Positions 25,534 to 34,513 are shown, counted from the stretch's first letter. The stretch: 39,032 nt of DNA from Candidatus Saccharimonadia bacterium (GCA_937951635.1 CALFBO010000056.1:1-39032), one strand, 5' to 3'. Notes: generated from the letters alone by a model not told the origin. A program made the numbers and translations.

Positions 25534-26610
25534 ATGAGTTCACTACAAATCGGCATAGTCGGCCTCCCAAATGTGGGTAAATCCACTCTCTTCAACGCGC
25601 TCACCAAAAATAACGTACTTGCTGCCAATTACCCGTTTGCGACTATCGAACCGAATACTGGTATTGTGCCCCTCCCCGACTTGCGGCTCGCACAACTTGC
25701 AGAGTTATCTAATTCAAAAAAAACTGTTCCTGCAACAGTGACATTTGTTGATATCGCGGGAATAGTCGAAGGAGCCCATAAAGGCGAAGGCATGGGCAAT
25801 GCGTTTTTGAGCCACATTCGCGAAGTAGACGCAATTGTCCAGGTGGTAAGGGCTTTCAAGGATGACGACATACAACATGTCAGCAACGACTTAAACCCCG
25901 ATAACGACATACAAACTATTAATACAGAGCTTATCTTGGCCGACTTACACACTCTAGAAAACCACCTGCCAAAACTGAACAAACAATTACGTGGCGACAA
26001 ATCGCTAGCAGCGACTATAGCCATAGTTGAACAACTAATTAGTTCTTTAGACGACGGCAAGCTAGCGGTAAACGAAGAAGTAGATTTATCTGTAGTTTCC
26101 TACCTCAACTTACTTACGGCCAAACCATTTATCTATGTGTTCAACATGGACGATGCAAATATTTCAGATACGGCAGAACTCGAACGTCTTCGCAAGATTG
26201 CACCCAGCAGTAGCGTGCTATTTGTATCGGCAAAAATAGAAGCCGAGATAAGCCAGCTAGGGGCCGAAGACGCGGAAATGTTTATGAAAGAATACAATAT
26301 GCAAGAATCTGGACTAGAAAAATTGAGCAAAGCAGGATTCGAAACTTTAGGCCTGCAAACTTATCTAACCACTGGCGAAATTGAAACCAAGGCCTGGACT
26401 ATAAAAAAGGGCTACACCGCGCCGCAAGCTGCAGGTGTCATACATGGTGATTTTGAACGAGGCTTCATCGCCGCCGAAGTTGTTTCCTGTAGCGACCTAG
26501 TCGAGCTGGGATCGCGGGTCGCCGCCAAAACAGCTGGAAAGCTACGCACTGAAGGCAAAGATTATATCATGGCGCCCGACGACGTAGTTGAATTCAGGTT
26601 TAATGTATAA
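25534..26610 (+). CDS. ychF: redox-regulated ribosome-binding ATPase YchF
   Basis: MSSLQIGIVGLPNVGKSTLFNALT (G1 motif), FVDIAGIVEGAHKGEGMGN (G3 region), and C-terminal AAGVIHGDFERGFIAAEV. The track start at 25465 adds a non-homologous hydrophobic extension, so I prefer the ATG at 25534. Confidence 0.9.
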   Translation: MSSLQIGIVGLPNVGKSTLFNALTKNNVLAANYPFATIEPNTGIVPLPDLRLAQLAELSNSKKTVPATVTFVDIAGIVEGAHKGEGMGNAFLSHIREVDAIVQVVRAFKDDDIQHVSNDLNPDNDIQTINTELILADLHTLENHLPKLNKQLRGDKSLAATIAIVEQLISSLDDGKLAVNEEVDLSVVSYLNLLTAKPFIYVFNMDDANISDTAELERLRKIAPSSSVLFVSAKIEAEISQLGAEDAEMFMKEYNMQESGLEKLSKAGFETLGLQTYLTTGEIETKAWTIKKGYTAPQAAGVIHGDFERGFIAAEVVSCSDLVELGSRVAAKTAGKLRTEGKDYIMAPDDVVEFRFNV

Positions 26611-26672
26611 AATCTGCAAGCAAACACAAGCCCTATAGGACAACAGCCGTAACCACTTAACTGCCCAAACAA

Positions 26673-26817
26673 CCAATAAAAGAGAGGTCCCGACACCCCA
26701 GAGCTATGCTCAAGGGGTTGGCGTCCCATCTGCCGAAGGCTGGGAGGGGGATCACGAAGCATAAGCGAAGTCTAAGGGGGAGGAGTCACCTCCTCCTTAA
26801 TAGCGAGTGTTGTGAGC
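26673..26817 (+). repeat. Z element copy 1 (non-coding, ~145 nt), 3' of ychF
   Basis: Aligns with the reverse complement of 30231-30366. The core is CCCCAGAGCTATGCTCAAGGGGTTGGCGTCCCATCTGCCGAAGGCTGGG versus CCCCAGAGCTTTGCTCTAGGAGTTGGCGCCCCGTCTGCCGAAGGCCAGG. Flanking shared blocks are CCAATAA, AGGTC, AAGC, GAGTCAC, CTTAATA and TGAG. Confidence 0.7.
26776..26799 (+). terminator. GC-rich hairpin inside Z1; likely terminator shared by the convergent genes
   Basis: GGAGGAG-TCAC-CTCCTCC (26779-26796) followed by TTAAT on +. It sits between the convergent ychF (+) and the 26839-27717 gene (-). Confidence 0.5.
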
Positions 26818-26838
26818 AGTTACCAACAGCCCAACTAG

Positions 26839-27717
26839 TTAGTTCAGTGCTACTCTTTTATCGTTATTAAACAGCAACGATTGCGCGTCTTTGTTATCAA
26901 TACTTGCCACCAAACCAAGAGCCCCGGCAGCAGCATCTCGCAGGAATCCATCTGGATCGGCAACGCCGTCAATAGCACCAGTTTCGGCAATAGAATCGTA
27001 GAATCCTGAAAATGCCATTCTGGCTTCGAAAGCCACGACACTCGGAGTCGTTGAAGTCCATGGTGCATCCTCAGGTGATGTTAACAGACTCAATCTATCC
27101 AATAAAACATGTGAAAACTCTAGTATAAGATTCTTGTACGACTCGTTTGCTTGCGAGACCTCCATAGACTCAAATGTTTCAATATTTAACTTGGCAGACC
27201 TAATTACATCTTTTATATGCATAGACGGGCCGCTTGGTGCTTCTACCCCAGCTTCAACCAAAATTTGAGCAGTGCGCATTTCTGTGCTGACCTCTGGCGG
27301 AAGCGTGTTGTCGCCATGTATGGCGAATGGATCTTCCACCCAATCTTTGGCTGGAGGTTCTTTATAGCGACTAGTTTCAATCTCTTCAGTAACAGCTAGC
27401 GACGGAGCCACATCGGTGCTGTCGTCTAACATTGGTTTAATATCCGTTGCGGCAGCATCCAGTACACCGTCATAAAAACCTACTATAGCCTGCTGATCAA
27501 TGGAACTTGGGCCTTCCAGCTCTGGCTTGTCATCGATAGGATCACTATACTCAGTCCCAAGATCAACTTGAATATTTTGACAAGTGTCACCCAGCGCATC
27601 GCCCGCCCCTTCACCTACTTCTGTAACCAATGGAATCTCAGCGCCGTTCAGCGATGCTGGCTGAAACTCTATCTCGCTTGGGGCTACGCTAGTATCTGAT
27701 GTTCGAACTTCTAACAT
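26839..27717 (-). CDS. hypothetical acidic protein
   Basis: The track ORF runs to a TTG at 27774. The first ATG is at 27717 (MLEVRTSDTS...). The protein is very D/E-rich and no motif was recognised. Confidence 0.5.
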   Translation of the reverse strand: MLEVRTSDTSVAPSEIEFQPASLNGAEIPLVTEVGEGAGDALGDTCQNIQVDLGTEYSDPIDDKPELEGPSSIDQQAIVGFYDGVLDAAATDIKPMLDDSTDVAPSLAVTEEIETSRYKEPPAKDWVEDPFAIHGDNTLPPEVSTEMRTAQILVEAGVEAPSGPSMHIKDVIRSAKLNIETFESMEVSQANESYKNLILEFSHVLLDRLSLLTSPEDAPWTSTTPSVVAFEARMAFSGFYDSIAETGAIDGVADPDGFLRDAAAGALGLVASIDNKDAQSLLFNNDKRVALN

Positions 27718-27845
27718 ATATTTATTTTTGTTTAATACTAAAACAATACTATCATAATATAGTAATTTTCGCAAGTTTCAGTTATAAATAGCCTGCTGCG
27801 GCCGAAATCCACTTCCTGCTATAGTTACTATTTGTACGCAACAGG

Positions 27846-28325
27846 TCATTTTCTATCTTTGTTGAGTGGAGACAGCTCAACCATCCGGGCTCCAGACATA
27901 ACTACCAGTGCCCAAACACAAACCAACGAACTGGCAACAAAGCCAATTAACGACATTACTCCTACGGCCAGCAATGCACTTTCCTTATCGCTTGGCGGCG
28001 GCAACTCACAGCCCATAACTCTACCTACACAAAGCTGCTCTCTGTCTTGACGATATGACTCTGCCCTGGGCAGCACAATTAAGCTCGCCACCAACAGCAC
28101 AAGACTTAAGCAAAGCAAGCCATAGAAACGCTTCTTAGCTTGCTGTGTGTTTCGTGCTCGAACTGCGTTGCTGGCAGTGTCCCGAATTAATGTATCTGGC
28201 GTTTTCTTTGCTGGAGGCGATGTATTTGTATCGTCAAGGCTAGCCAAACGAGTTCGTGACTCCGAATGCGAAACTCGTGTTTGACTTGGTTTTGTTCTAG
28301 CGCGCCCTTTCGACATAGCTGCCAT
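27846..28325 (-). CDS. hypothetical membrane protein (two TM helices)
   Basis: 159 aa with a basic S/T/R-rich N-terminus and TM helices LLCLSLVLLVASLIVL and LLAVGVMSLIGFVASSLVCVWALVV. The start overlaps the efp 3' end by 29 nt (20 nt if the ATG at 28316 is used). Confidence 0.45.
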   Translation of the reverse strand: MAAMSKGRARTKPSQTRVSHSESRTRLASLDDTNTSPPAKKTPDTLIRDTASNAVRARNTQQAKKRFYGLLCLSLVLLVASLIVLPRAESYRQDREQLCVGRVMGCELPPPSDKESALLAVGVMSLIGFVASSLVCVWALVVMSGARMVELSPLNKDRK

Positions 28326-28857
28326 CTCGAGTATCTACAACCAATACATCGCCTACTTTTATAAAAATCGGTGCCATAATTTCTGTGCCGTTTTCGAGTT
28401 CGACGGTTTTTTGAACAGTCGACTGCGTGTCGCCCCTTACGACATCAGGGGCAGAAACAACTTTGAGTGTAATCTTTATTGGCAGGGCTATATTAATAAC
28501 CTGGTTATCGAAAGTTTGCGCATCTACCTGCATGCCTTCGCCCAAAAACCTGGCTGGGTCACCTACGATTTCTGGATTTATCTCTAGTTGCTCAAAACTA
28601 CTGTCGTCCATAAAATGCAGTGTGCTGCCGTCAGAATATAAAAACTGTAGTTTACGGCTCCCTACATCTGCAGGTTCTATTTTATCTTGTCCCTTAAATG
28701 TTTTGGGTATTACCGATCCATCTAGTAAATTCTTTAGGCGCGTATTTACAATAGACCCTCCACGCCCCATCTGTTTTTGGGCGTATTCAATAACCTTATA
28801 AGGCTTACCGTCTATTTGAATAACGGTGTCTTTCTTTAAGTCGGTTATGCCGTACAT
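28297..28857 (-). CDS. efp: translation elongation factor P
   Basis: 186 aa, alignable along its length to EF-P (DGKPYKVIEYAQKQMGRGGSIVNTRLKNLLDG...). Has the three-domain size. Confidence 0.9.
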   Translation of the reverse strand: MYGITDLKKDTVIQIDGKPYKVIEYAQKQMGRGGSIVNTRLKNLLDGSVIPKTFKGQDKIEPADVGSRKLQFLYSDGSTLHFMDDSSFEQLEINPEIVGDPARFLGEGMQVDAQTFDNQVINIALPIKITLKVVSAPDVVRGDTQSTVQKTVELENGTEIMAPIFIKVGDVLVVDTRDGSYVERAR

Positions 28858-28863
28858 AACTAC

Positions 28864-29058
28864 CTATCTAACTGCGAATGGCAGTAATGCCAGGTGCCTT
28901 GCACGCTTTACTGCCCGGGCAAGCTGTCGCTGCTGCTTGGCGCTCAATCCAGTTTTCTTACGTGTCTCGATTGCCCCATATGGGTTTACAAACCTCTGCA
29001 GAGTTTTAAAATCTTTGTAGTCAAAGTATTTTACTTCGTTTCGTTTCTTATATGCCAT
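28864..29058 (-). CDS. rpsR: 30S ribosomal protein S18
   Basis: [56 protein letters not shown] Shine-Dalgarno upstream. Confidence 0.9.
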   Translation of the reverse strand: MAYKKRNEVKYFDYKDFKTLQRFVNPYGAIETRKKTGLSAKQQRQLARAVKRARHLALLPFAVR

Positions 29059-29084
29059 GTTGTGGTCTCCGTATTTTTATACAA

Positions 29085-29594
29085 TTAAAATGGTATGTCG
29101 CTCAAGTCGACGGGTTCGTCATCAATATCTTCAATGACAACATCTTGGTTTTTCTTGCCGTCTGTTTTTGGCTGAGAGGCTGGTTCTTTACTTGCGGCAG
29201 GTGAGGCACCTTCGCTAGCTGCAGGCGGCGTCTGTCCTTGTGGGGTGCTATAGCCAGAATCTGACTGCGAACCAATGAAGTTAAAGTCTTCTACCACAAC
29301 TTCTACCTTGGATCGCTTCTGCCCTTCTTGCTCCCAAGACCTATACTGCAATCGGCCAGACACCAATAGTGCTCGTCCTTTTTGCACATATTGGTTAATT
29401 ATCTCGGCAGGCTTGCCCCAGGCTGTACAGTCAATGAAATCAACTGCCTCTTGTTGCTGACCGTCTGCTCCACGCCACGACCTGTTTACAGCGAGAGAGA
29501 ACGAAGCAACGCTCTGACCATTTGGAGTGGTCCGAAGCTCCGGATCTCGGGTTAGGTTGCCCATCAATACTACTTTGTTAAATCCCTTTGCCAT
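29085..29594 (-). CDS. ssb: single-stranded DNA-binding protein
   Basis: OB-fold N-terminus (NKVVLMGNLTRDPELRTTPNGQSVASFSLAVNR), a G/P/Q-rich linker and an acidic tail ending DLSDIPF. AAGGAGGTGA Shine-Dalgarno upstream. Confidence 0.9.
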   Translation of the reverse strand: MAKGFNKVVLMGNLTRDPELRTTPNGQSVASFSLAVNRSWRGADGQQQEAVDFIDCTAWGKPAEIINQYVQKGRALLVSGRLQYRSWEQEGQKRSKVEVVVEDFNFIGSQSDSGYSTPQGQTPPAASEGASPAASKEPASQPKTDGKKNQDVVIEDIDDEPVDLSDIPF

Positions 29595-29626
29595 CTCACC
29601 TCCTTGCCGTCATCTACGATGGCAGC

Positions 29627-30001
29627 CTATTTCTTAGTTTCGTCTTCTTTTGGCTTTGATTCTTCTGAAGAGTCTGTATTGCTAGAATCTTCGGCTTTTT
29701 CTTCAACCTCTTCAATTTCGGGACCAGGCTTAACAATCAGATACCTCAATACTTCGTCGGTAATATTAAGGATTGACTCCACCTTGGCCACTGACTCTGA
29801 TTTCAGCTCGATGTCGTAATATACATAGACCGCGTGGTCTTGTTTGTTTATAGAATAAGCTAGTTTGCGCTTACCCCAGTTGTCTTGTTTGATAATTTTG
29901 CCATCGTTGTCCGAAAGTAACTTGGCAATTTTCTTTAATGGTTTTTCAATATCCATCTCTAAGTCTGGATGGTAAAGAACCGTCATTTCGTACTTGTTCA
30001 T
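29627..30001 (-). CDS. rpsF: 30S ribosomal protein S6
   Basis: MNKYEMTVLYHPDLE... with a strong GGAAGGAG 8 nt upstream of the ATG at 30001. The longer track ORF (to 30049) has no Shine-Dalgarno and a non-homologous extension. Acidic C-terminal tail. Confidence 0.9.
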   Translation of the reverse strand: MNKYEMTVLYHPDLEMDIEKPLKKIAKLLSDNDGKIIKQDNWGKRKLAYSINKQDHAVYVYYDIELKSESVAKVESILNITDEVLRYLIVKPGPEIEEVEEKAEDSSNTDSSEESKPKEDETKK

Positions 30002-30183
30002 ACTATGAACTCCTTCCCTTGGAACCGATGATTTAGTCTCGGCGCCCACGACTGAATCGCAAGCAGGTTATGTATTAATATCTAATCCAAGCTTACTCTA
30101 GCTACAGCGAGTCTAGAGTTTCTAGGCAACTAAGTGCCTGAAGTCTTAAAATATTTAAAACATCAAACTCACAAGTTATCAAA

Positions 30184-30212
30184 ATTATACACAGTTCACC
30201 CCTGTTGGTCAA
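30184..30212 (-). promoter_or_regulatory. sigma70-type promoter of the rpsF-ssb-rpsR(-efp) operon
   Basis: On the minus strand: TTGACC (30212-30207), exactly 17 nt of spacer, TATAAT (30189-30184). The predicted leader to the rpsF ATG is about 175 nt. Confidence 0.6.
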
Positions 30213-30230
30213 CTTACTAATTTGCAACCT

Positions 30231-30366
30231 CTCACTGCCTTCGTTATTAAGTAGGAAGTGACTCGTCCCCTGGTTTTGCTTACGCTCAAACACCCCCTGG
30301 CCTTCGGCAGACGGGGCGCCAACTCCTAGAGCAAAGCTCTGGGGAGCGAGACCTATTTCTTATTGG
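30231..30366 (-). repeat. Z element copy 2 (inverted relative to copy 1), 3' of the RodZ-like gene and upstream of the rpsF promoter
   Basis: See Z1. The reverse complement of this interval aligns with 26673-26817 over essentially its whole length. Confidence 0.7.
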
Positions 30367-30446
30367 CTGCCTGGGTAGCTAGTGTGTCGCACAAGAGCAT
30401 GTTAATATACAAAAACACATATACAGCCAAAGTAAAACAAAAATCG

Positions 30447-31142
30447 CTACTGTTGCCGTGGGCTATAAATAATTCTTAACTGCTTCGAGCTAGATTTGGC
30501 AAAGTTGTTAAGCACAGTAACGTCTAATAGATTAAGGCCTGGTTGCAGGTAGACTTTATGGTTAAACCTATTGGTTTCATCTACACCAACTGCCGTACCC
30601 TCAACCAATAAAGTCGAACTATAATCTACCGTACCTCGAATGACATATGAGTCTGCGGCAGACAAAACAGCACCTCCTTCAAAGCCATCCACACTAAACT
30701 GGGGTAACCGCCCTATCTTTGAAGCGTGAGTTAGCAAATATCCCATAACCACAGCTCCAACTACAACCATCAACACCCCATTTGCGAGTCGAGTCAGCAC
30801 CAGCGGCCTAATCAGGCCTATCGATGGTCGTCTGACCGCGCGTTTAGGCAAAATGGACTTACTTCTGGGCACTGCATCAAGCCTGGCGTTAATCGATACG
30901 TCGTCAATGCCTAAAAAGGTAGCGTACCGACGATACAGCCCCTGCATATTGGCACTCGATAGGTCTGAGTTCTCGGGATCCTCAAGCATAATTACTGTAG
31001 ATTCAGGCACCCTCAACCATAAAGCCGCCTTAGATACAGAAAGTCGGGAACTGTGCCTTTTTGCTTGAACAAATTTTGCTACTCGCATAAATTTATGTTC
31101 AACGGCTGCATTACGCCTAAAAGACCTTGCGGCATCAAACAC
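30447..31142 (-). CDS. RodZ-like helix-turn-helix membrane protein
   Basis: N-terminal HTH (LSVSKAALWLRVPESTVIMLEDPENSDLSSANMQGLYRRYATFLGID), one TM helix (LANGVLMVVVGAVVMGYLL) and an extracytoplasmic C-terminal domain. The track start is GTG; an ATG at 31088 is an alternative. Confidence 0.6.
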   Translation of the reverse strand: MFDAARSFRRNAAVEHKFMRVAKFVQAKRHSSRLSVSKAALWLRVPESTVIMLEDPENSDLSSANMQGLYRRYATFLGIDDVSINARLDAVPRSKSILPKRAVRRPSIGLIRPLVLTRLANGVLMVVVGAVVMGYLLTHASKIGRLPQFSVDGFEGGAVLSAADSYVIRGTVDYSSTLLVEGTAVGVDETNRFNHKVYLQPGLNLLDVTVLNNFAKSSSKQLRIIYSPRQQ

Positions 31143-31155
31143 TACTACAGCCCAA

Positions 31156-33321
31156 CTAGTCGCTTACTTCTGGTGGCTCTTCAAGCGGGTCATCATCAAA
31201 ATCGTCCATGCTACTCACAAGTACTTCTCGTGGCCTTGAGCCATCTGCTGGGCCAACCACCCCTTGCTCTTCTAAGGATTCTATCAATCTTGCCGCTCTA
31301 GCGTACCCAACCCTTAAGCGTCGCTGCAACAATGATGCGGATGCCTTGTTGCTTTCAATAACTACTCTTACTGCATCGTGATACAAACTATCATCGGCGT
31401 CAAAATCTGCGCCAGAACTAACTACCCCACCTTTGGATATTTGTACTGCCTGAGCAACTACGTCGTCGTCATAAGAAGGCGCCCGTTCCATTTTTACAAA
31501 GTCTACAACCTTCATCACTTCATTGTCACCAATAAATACACCCTGGATTCTGCGTGGCTTGGACAATTCAGGGGTTTGCATGAGCATGTCGCCTTTGCCC
31601 AACAACTTTTCGGCTCCTGACCCATCTAGAATCGTCCTAGAATCCACCTGGCTGGCAACTGTAAAGGCTATTCTTGCTGGGATATTAGCCTTGATCAAGC
31701 CGGTTATAACGTCGACAGATGGTCTCTGAGTTGCCAATACTAAATGTATACCTACTGCCCTGGCCTTTTGCGCCAACCGAACAATCAAGGCCTCTACGTC
31801 CCTAGCGGCAAGCATCATCAAGTCGGCGAGCTCATCAATAACCACCACAATATAAGGCATACCTTCTTCTTTTTTGAGTCGGTTATATTCCAAAATGTTA
31901 CGCTTACCTACTTCGGCTAAAGCGCTATAACGTCTCTCCATTTCGGCTACCGCCCACTTTAAAGCAGAAATACATTTTTCGGGATCTACTATGACCGGAG
32001 TTAGCAAGTGAGGTATGTCATTGTAAGGCGACAACTCTACTTGCTTTGGGTCAACTAAAATCAACTTTAAATCTGATGGCGAATTTCTATACAGCAGACT
32101 ACTCAAGAATGTATTTATCATCACCGACTTACCAGACCCAGTAGCGCCAGCGATTAATAAGTGGGGCATTTTATCTAGCTCGCCAACTACCGCCTGTCCG
32201 GCAATATCCTTGCCTACGGCAAAGGTTAGCGGGCTAGACGCACCGCGCCACTGTGGAGACTCCAGCACAGAACGCAAACCTACACCTGCTGCTTTAATGT
32301 TGGGCACCTCTATTCCAACAGCCCGTTTACCCGGTATTGGTGCTTCCATCCGAATCGCCGTTGCAGCAAGGTTGAGGGCCAGGTTGTTTTCTAGAGCTGT
32401 GATCTTGGTTAACCGAACCCCAGAAGGTGGCTTTAAAGTGTACTGGGTAACTCTTGGGCCAATATTTGCGCCTTGCATTTCTACATTAATCTTAAAGTCA
32501 GACAACGTTTCTTCAATTATAGCTGCGTTCGTCTCAACGTCACCAGCATCTGCCTTATCCTGCTTATTGCTTAGCAAATCAAGCCCAGGCAACTTCCACT
32601 CTGGGTCGCTAGATGTCGTTAATGCTTCGTGATTCTCGTCTACAGTAGCCTTTTGCGCACTATTCTTTAAACTAACTCGCTGTCTTTGTACGGGGACGCC
32701 TTCGTTTAGCTTAAACCCACTGCCCTTGCTGCTTGTGTTGATAGCTTTTGAATCGGTGTCATCTTTATCTTTTTTAAAATTACCCAGCCACGAAAATAAC
32801 CCCAAAGATTTCCTTGGTGAAACGCCAAACAAATAATGAAAAGAGGCCAAACCCAGTCCAAATAAAATTGCACCACCACCAATTTTGCCAAACAAGTCTG
32901 TCACAAGCGAATTTGCCAGCCCACCAAAAAATCCACCACCATCGCCCTCGTCTGCAACCAACTTTTTAGCCGCTTCACTAGATTCATCTACAAAAAGATG
33001 CAAGAAACCACTAATAGCCAAAATGAATAAAAGTGCACCAAAAAGCTTTAATAGCGGCATTTTTTTGCCATCGTTTGTTTGCTTAATATAAGCTAGATAC
33101 ACCAACAATGGCGCCAGTAAATAGCCGAACCAGCCAAACAGCTGCCTAGACCAATCAAAAAAACTGCTGGATGCACCGGCATCAATACCCAGGCTACCCA
33201 GTAAGACTAGTAATGCCAGAATAAGCAGACCAATTACTGCTGCCTGGGGCCAAAATCCTGCTGGTAAATTAGAAGTCTTTGCTTTGGATTTTCTTGAAGA
33301 TTTTTTCTTTCGTTTTGCCAT
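31156..33321 (-). CDS. ftsK: DNA translocase FtsK/SpoIIIE
   Basis: N-terminal TM helices, Walker A GATGSGKS, VVVIDELADLMM, and a C-terminal gamma winged-helix (ASASLLQRRLRVGYARAARLIESLEEQGVVGP). Confidence 0.9.
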   Translation of the reverse strand: MAKRKKKSSRKSKAKTSNLPAGFWPQAAVIGLLILALLVLLGSLGIDAGASSSFFDWSRQLFGWFGYLLAPLLVYLAYIKQTNDGKKMPLLKLFGALLFILAISGFLHLFVDESSEAAKKLVADEGDGGGFFGGLANSLVTDLFGKIGGGAILFGLGLASFHYLFGVSPRKSLGLFSWLGNFKKDKDDTDSKAINTSSKGSGFKLNEGVPVQRQRVSLKNSAQKATVDENHEALTTSSDPEWKLPGLDLLSNKQDKADAGDVETNAAIIEETLSDFKINVEMQGANIGPRVTQYTLKPPSGVRLTKITALENNLALNLAATAIRMEAPIPGKRAVGIEVPNIKAAGVGLRSVLESPQWRGASSPLTFAVGKDIAGQAVVGELDKMPHLLIAGATGSGKSVMINTFLSSLLYRNSPSDLKLILVDPKQVELSPYNDIPHLLTPVIVDPEKCISALKWAVAEMERRYSALAEVGKRNILEYNRLKKEEGMPYIVVVIDELADLMMLAARDVEALIVRLAQKARAVGIHLVLATQRPSVDVITGLIKANIPARIAFTVASQVDSRTILDGSGAEKLLGKGDMLMQTPELSKPRRIQGVFIGDNEVMKVVDFVKMERAPSYDDDVVAQAVQISKGGVVSSGADFDADDSLYHDAVRVVIESNKASASLLQRRLRVGYARAARLIESLEEQGVVGPADGSRPREVLVSSMDDFDDDPLEEPPEVSD

Positions 33322-33417
33322 ATTCCCTTATTATATAGAACTTTTGAGCATTCTAAAGAATTCCTTGCCTAAAGTACCCCAAACTCCAAGCCAACTCAAA
33401 GCGTACTAAATCCAAAT

Positions 33418-34446
33418 CTAAGACTTTACTCTAGCAATTAACTTATCAAAATAGGGCTTTAACTCACCGGCCGAAACTTTATTGCCTACTTCGGCACGAT
33501 TCGTGTACTCATTCTGCGTATCCAAGTATTCGGCAAAGTGTTCTGCAAATGCGCCAGCACCAGCCTGAGTGTCATAGTGAGCACCGTCTGGCCACCACAC
33601 ATCTGTTTCGCTCATCCCAATTAGGTCGCCAAATTCTTTCCTGTCAGCATCGGTAAAATTAGCGACATCAAGAACGTGGCCTATCTCATGTGCCAAGACT
33701 TCTTTAGCTTCTGTCGACGTGTCAATATCATCACGATAAGCGTTTATGCCAATGACCCTGTCTTCGCCCAAGGTAATACCTTTTGTTATTGACGAGACAT
33801 TTTCCGGAACTTCAACTTGGGCAATCCGCCAACCTGGGGCAATTTCATCAAGGCTGTTGATGCCAAGCTGGGCGTACATTGACTCAACTACTTGAACTAC
33901 CATGGCGTCGCGCTCAGTCATACTGGCCCTATCAACTTGTGCAATTTGCTGCTCGATGTCATAAACCAGAGTGTACCCGTAGGACAAAGGTTGCTCCATG
34001 CTAGGTAGTCGCTCTGTGGCAAAAACTTGTTCTTGCGAAACTTCTTCGGCTCCGGACTCACTAAACTGGGTCAAATCTTCTTGTTGTTCTGTGCCTGCAT
34101 CAACTTCATAGCCTGCCGATGCTTTAATGCCCGATCCAGCAGCAATATCATCAAGCTCATTTGCAATATCTGGTAAATTGTACTCGTAACTAACTTCAGT
34201 CTGACTTATATTGTCTGCCAAAGATTCAGAATTCTCACTATTATCTTCAGCGTCATAGTCGGCTGCCGTTGCTTCGGCAATAGGCAAAGATGCTTCTGTC
34301 GCGGCTACTTCGGGTGATGCAAGGGCCATACTAAGAACAAGAGTGCTCATTGCGCCTATAAGTATGCGCCTTGGATAGTTAAGCGAATCTTTAGGTTGCT
34401 GCGCTTCAACCGATGCTGGTGACGGACTAGATAACTTTTCTGACAT
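33418..34446 (-). CDS. secreted/anchored putative zinc metallopeptidase (HEIGH)
   Basis: Signal or TM segment (ILIGAMSTLVLSMALASPEVAA), an acidic low-complexity linker, and a C-terminal domain with VLAHEIGHVLD and downstream GAFAEHFAEYL (possible third ligand Glu). Confidence 0.6.
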   Translation of the reverse strand: MSEKLSSPSPASVEAQQPKDSLNYPRRILIGAMSTLVLSMALASPEVAATEASLPIAEATAADYDAEDNSENSESLADNISQTEVSYEYNLPDIANELDDIAAGSGIKASAGYEVDAGTEQQEDLTQFSESGAEEVSQEQVFATERLPSMEQPLSYGYTLVYDIEQQIAQVDRASMTERDAMVVQVVESMYAQLGINSLDEIAPGWRIAQVEVPENVSSITKGITLGEDRVIGINAYRDDIDTSTEAKEVLAHEIGHVLDVANFTDADRKEFGDLIGMSETDVWWPDGAHYDTQAGAGAFAEHFAEYLDTQNEYTNRAEVGNKVSAGELKPYFDKLIARVKS

Positions 34447-34472
34447 TTTTGTTTTTGAGATTTATAATAATA

Positions 34473-34501
34473 AATCTAGCATATTTTATGCAAAGTGTCA
34501 A
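34473..34501 (-). promoter_or_regulatory. sigma70-type promoter candidate for the 33418-34446 gene
   Basis: On the minus strand: TTGACA (34501-34496), 17 nt of spacer, TAGATT (34478-34473), about 27 nt upstream of the ATG. Confidence 0.45.
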
Positions 34502-34513
34502 GTTAATGTCACT

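Noticed and set aside
26766-26800. G-quadruplex from the GGGAGGGGG ... GGGGGAGGAG runs
   Set aside because: The runs are separated by a ~25-nt loop, and the second run is already engaged in a perfect 7-bp hairpin with CTCCTCC.
26706-26880. Small + strand ORF starting at the ATG inside Z1
   Set aside because: The homologous position in Z2 reads TTG CTC TAG, an immediate stop, so conservation is not at the protein level.
30231-30366. Z2 as the S6:S18 autoregulatory leader of rpsF
   Set aside because: The near-consensus promoter (30184-30212) lies downstream of Z2, so Z2 would not be in the rpsF leader. Z1 also has no ribosomal gene downstream of it.
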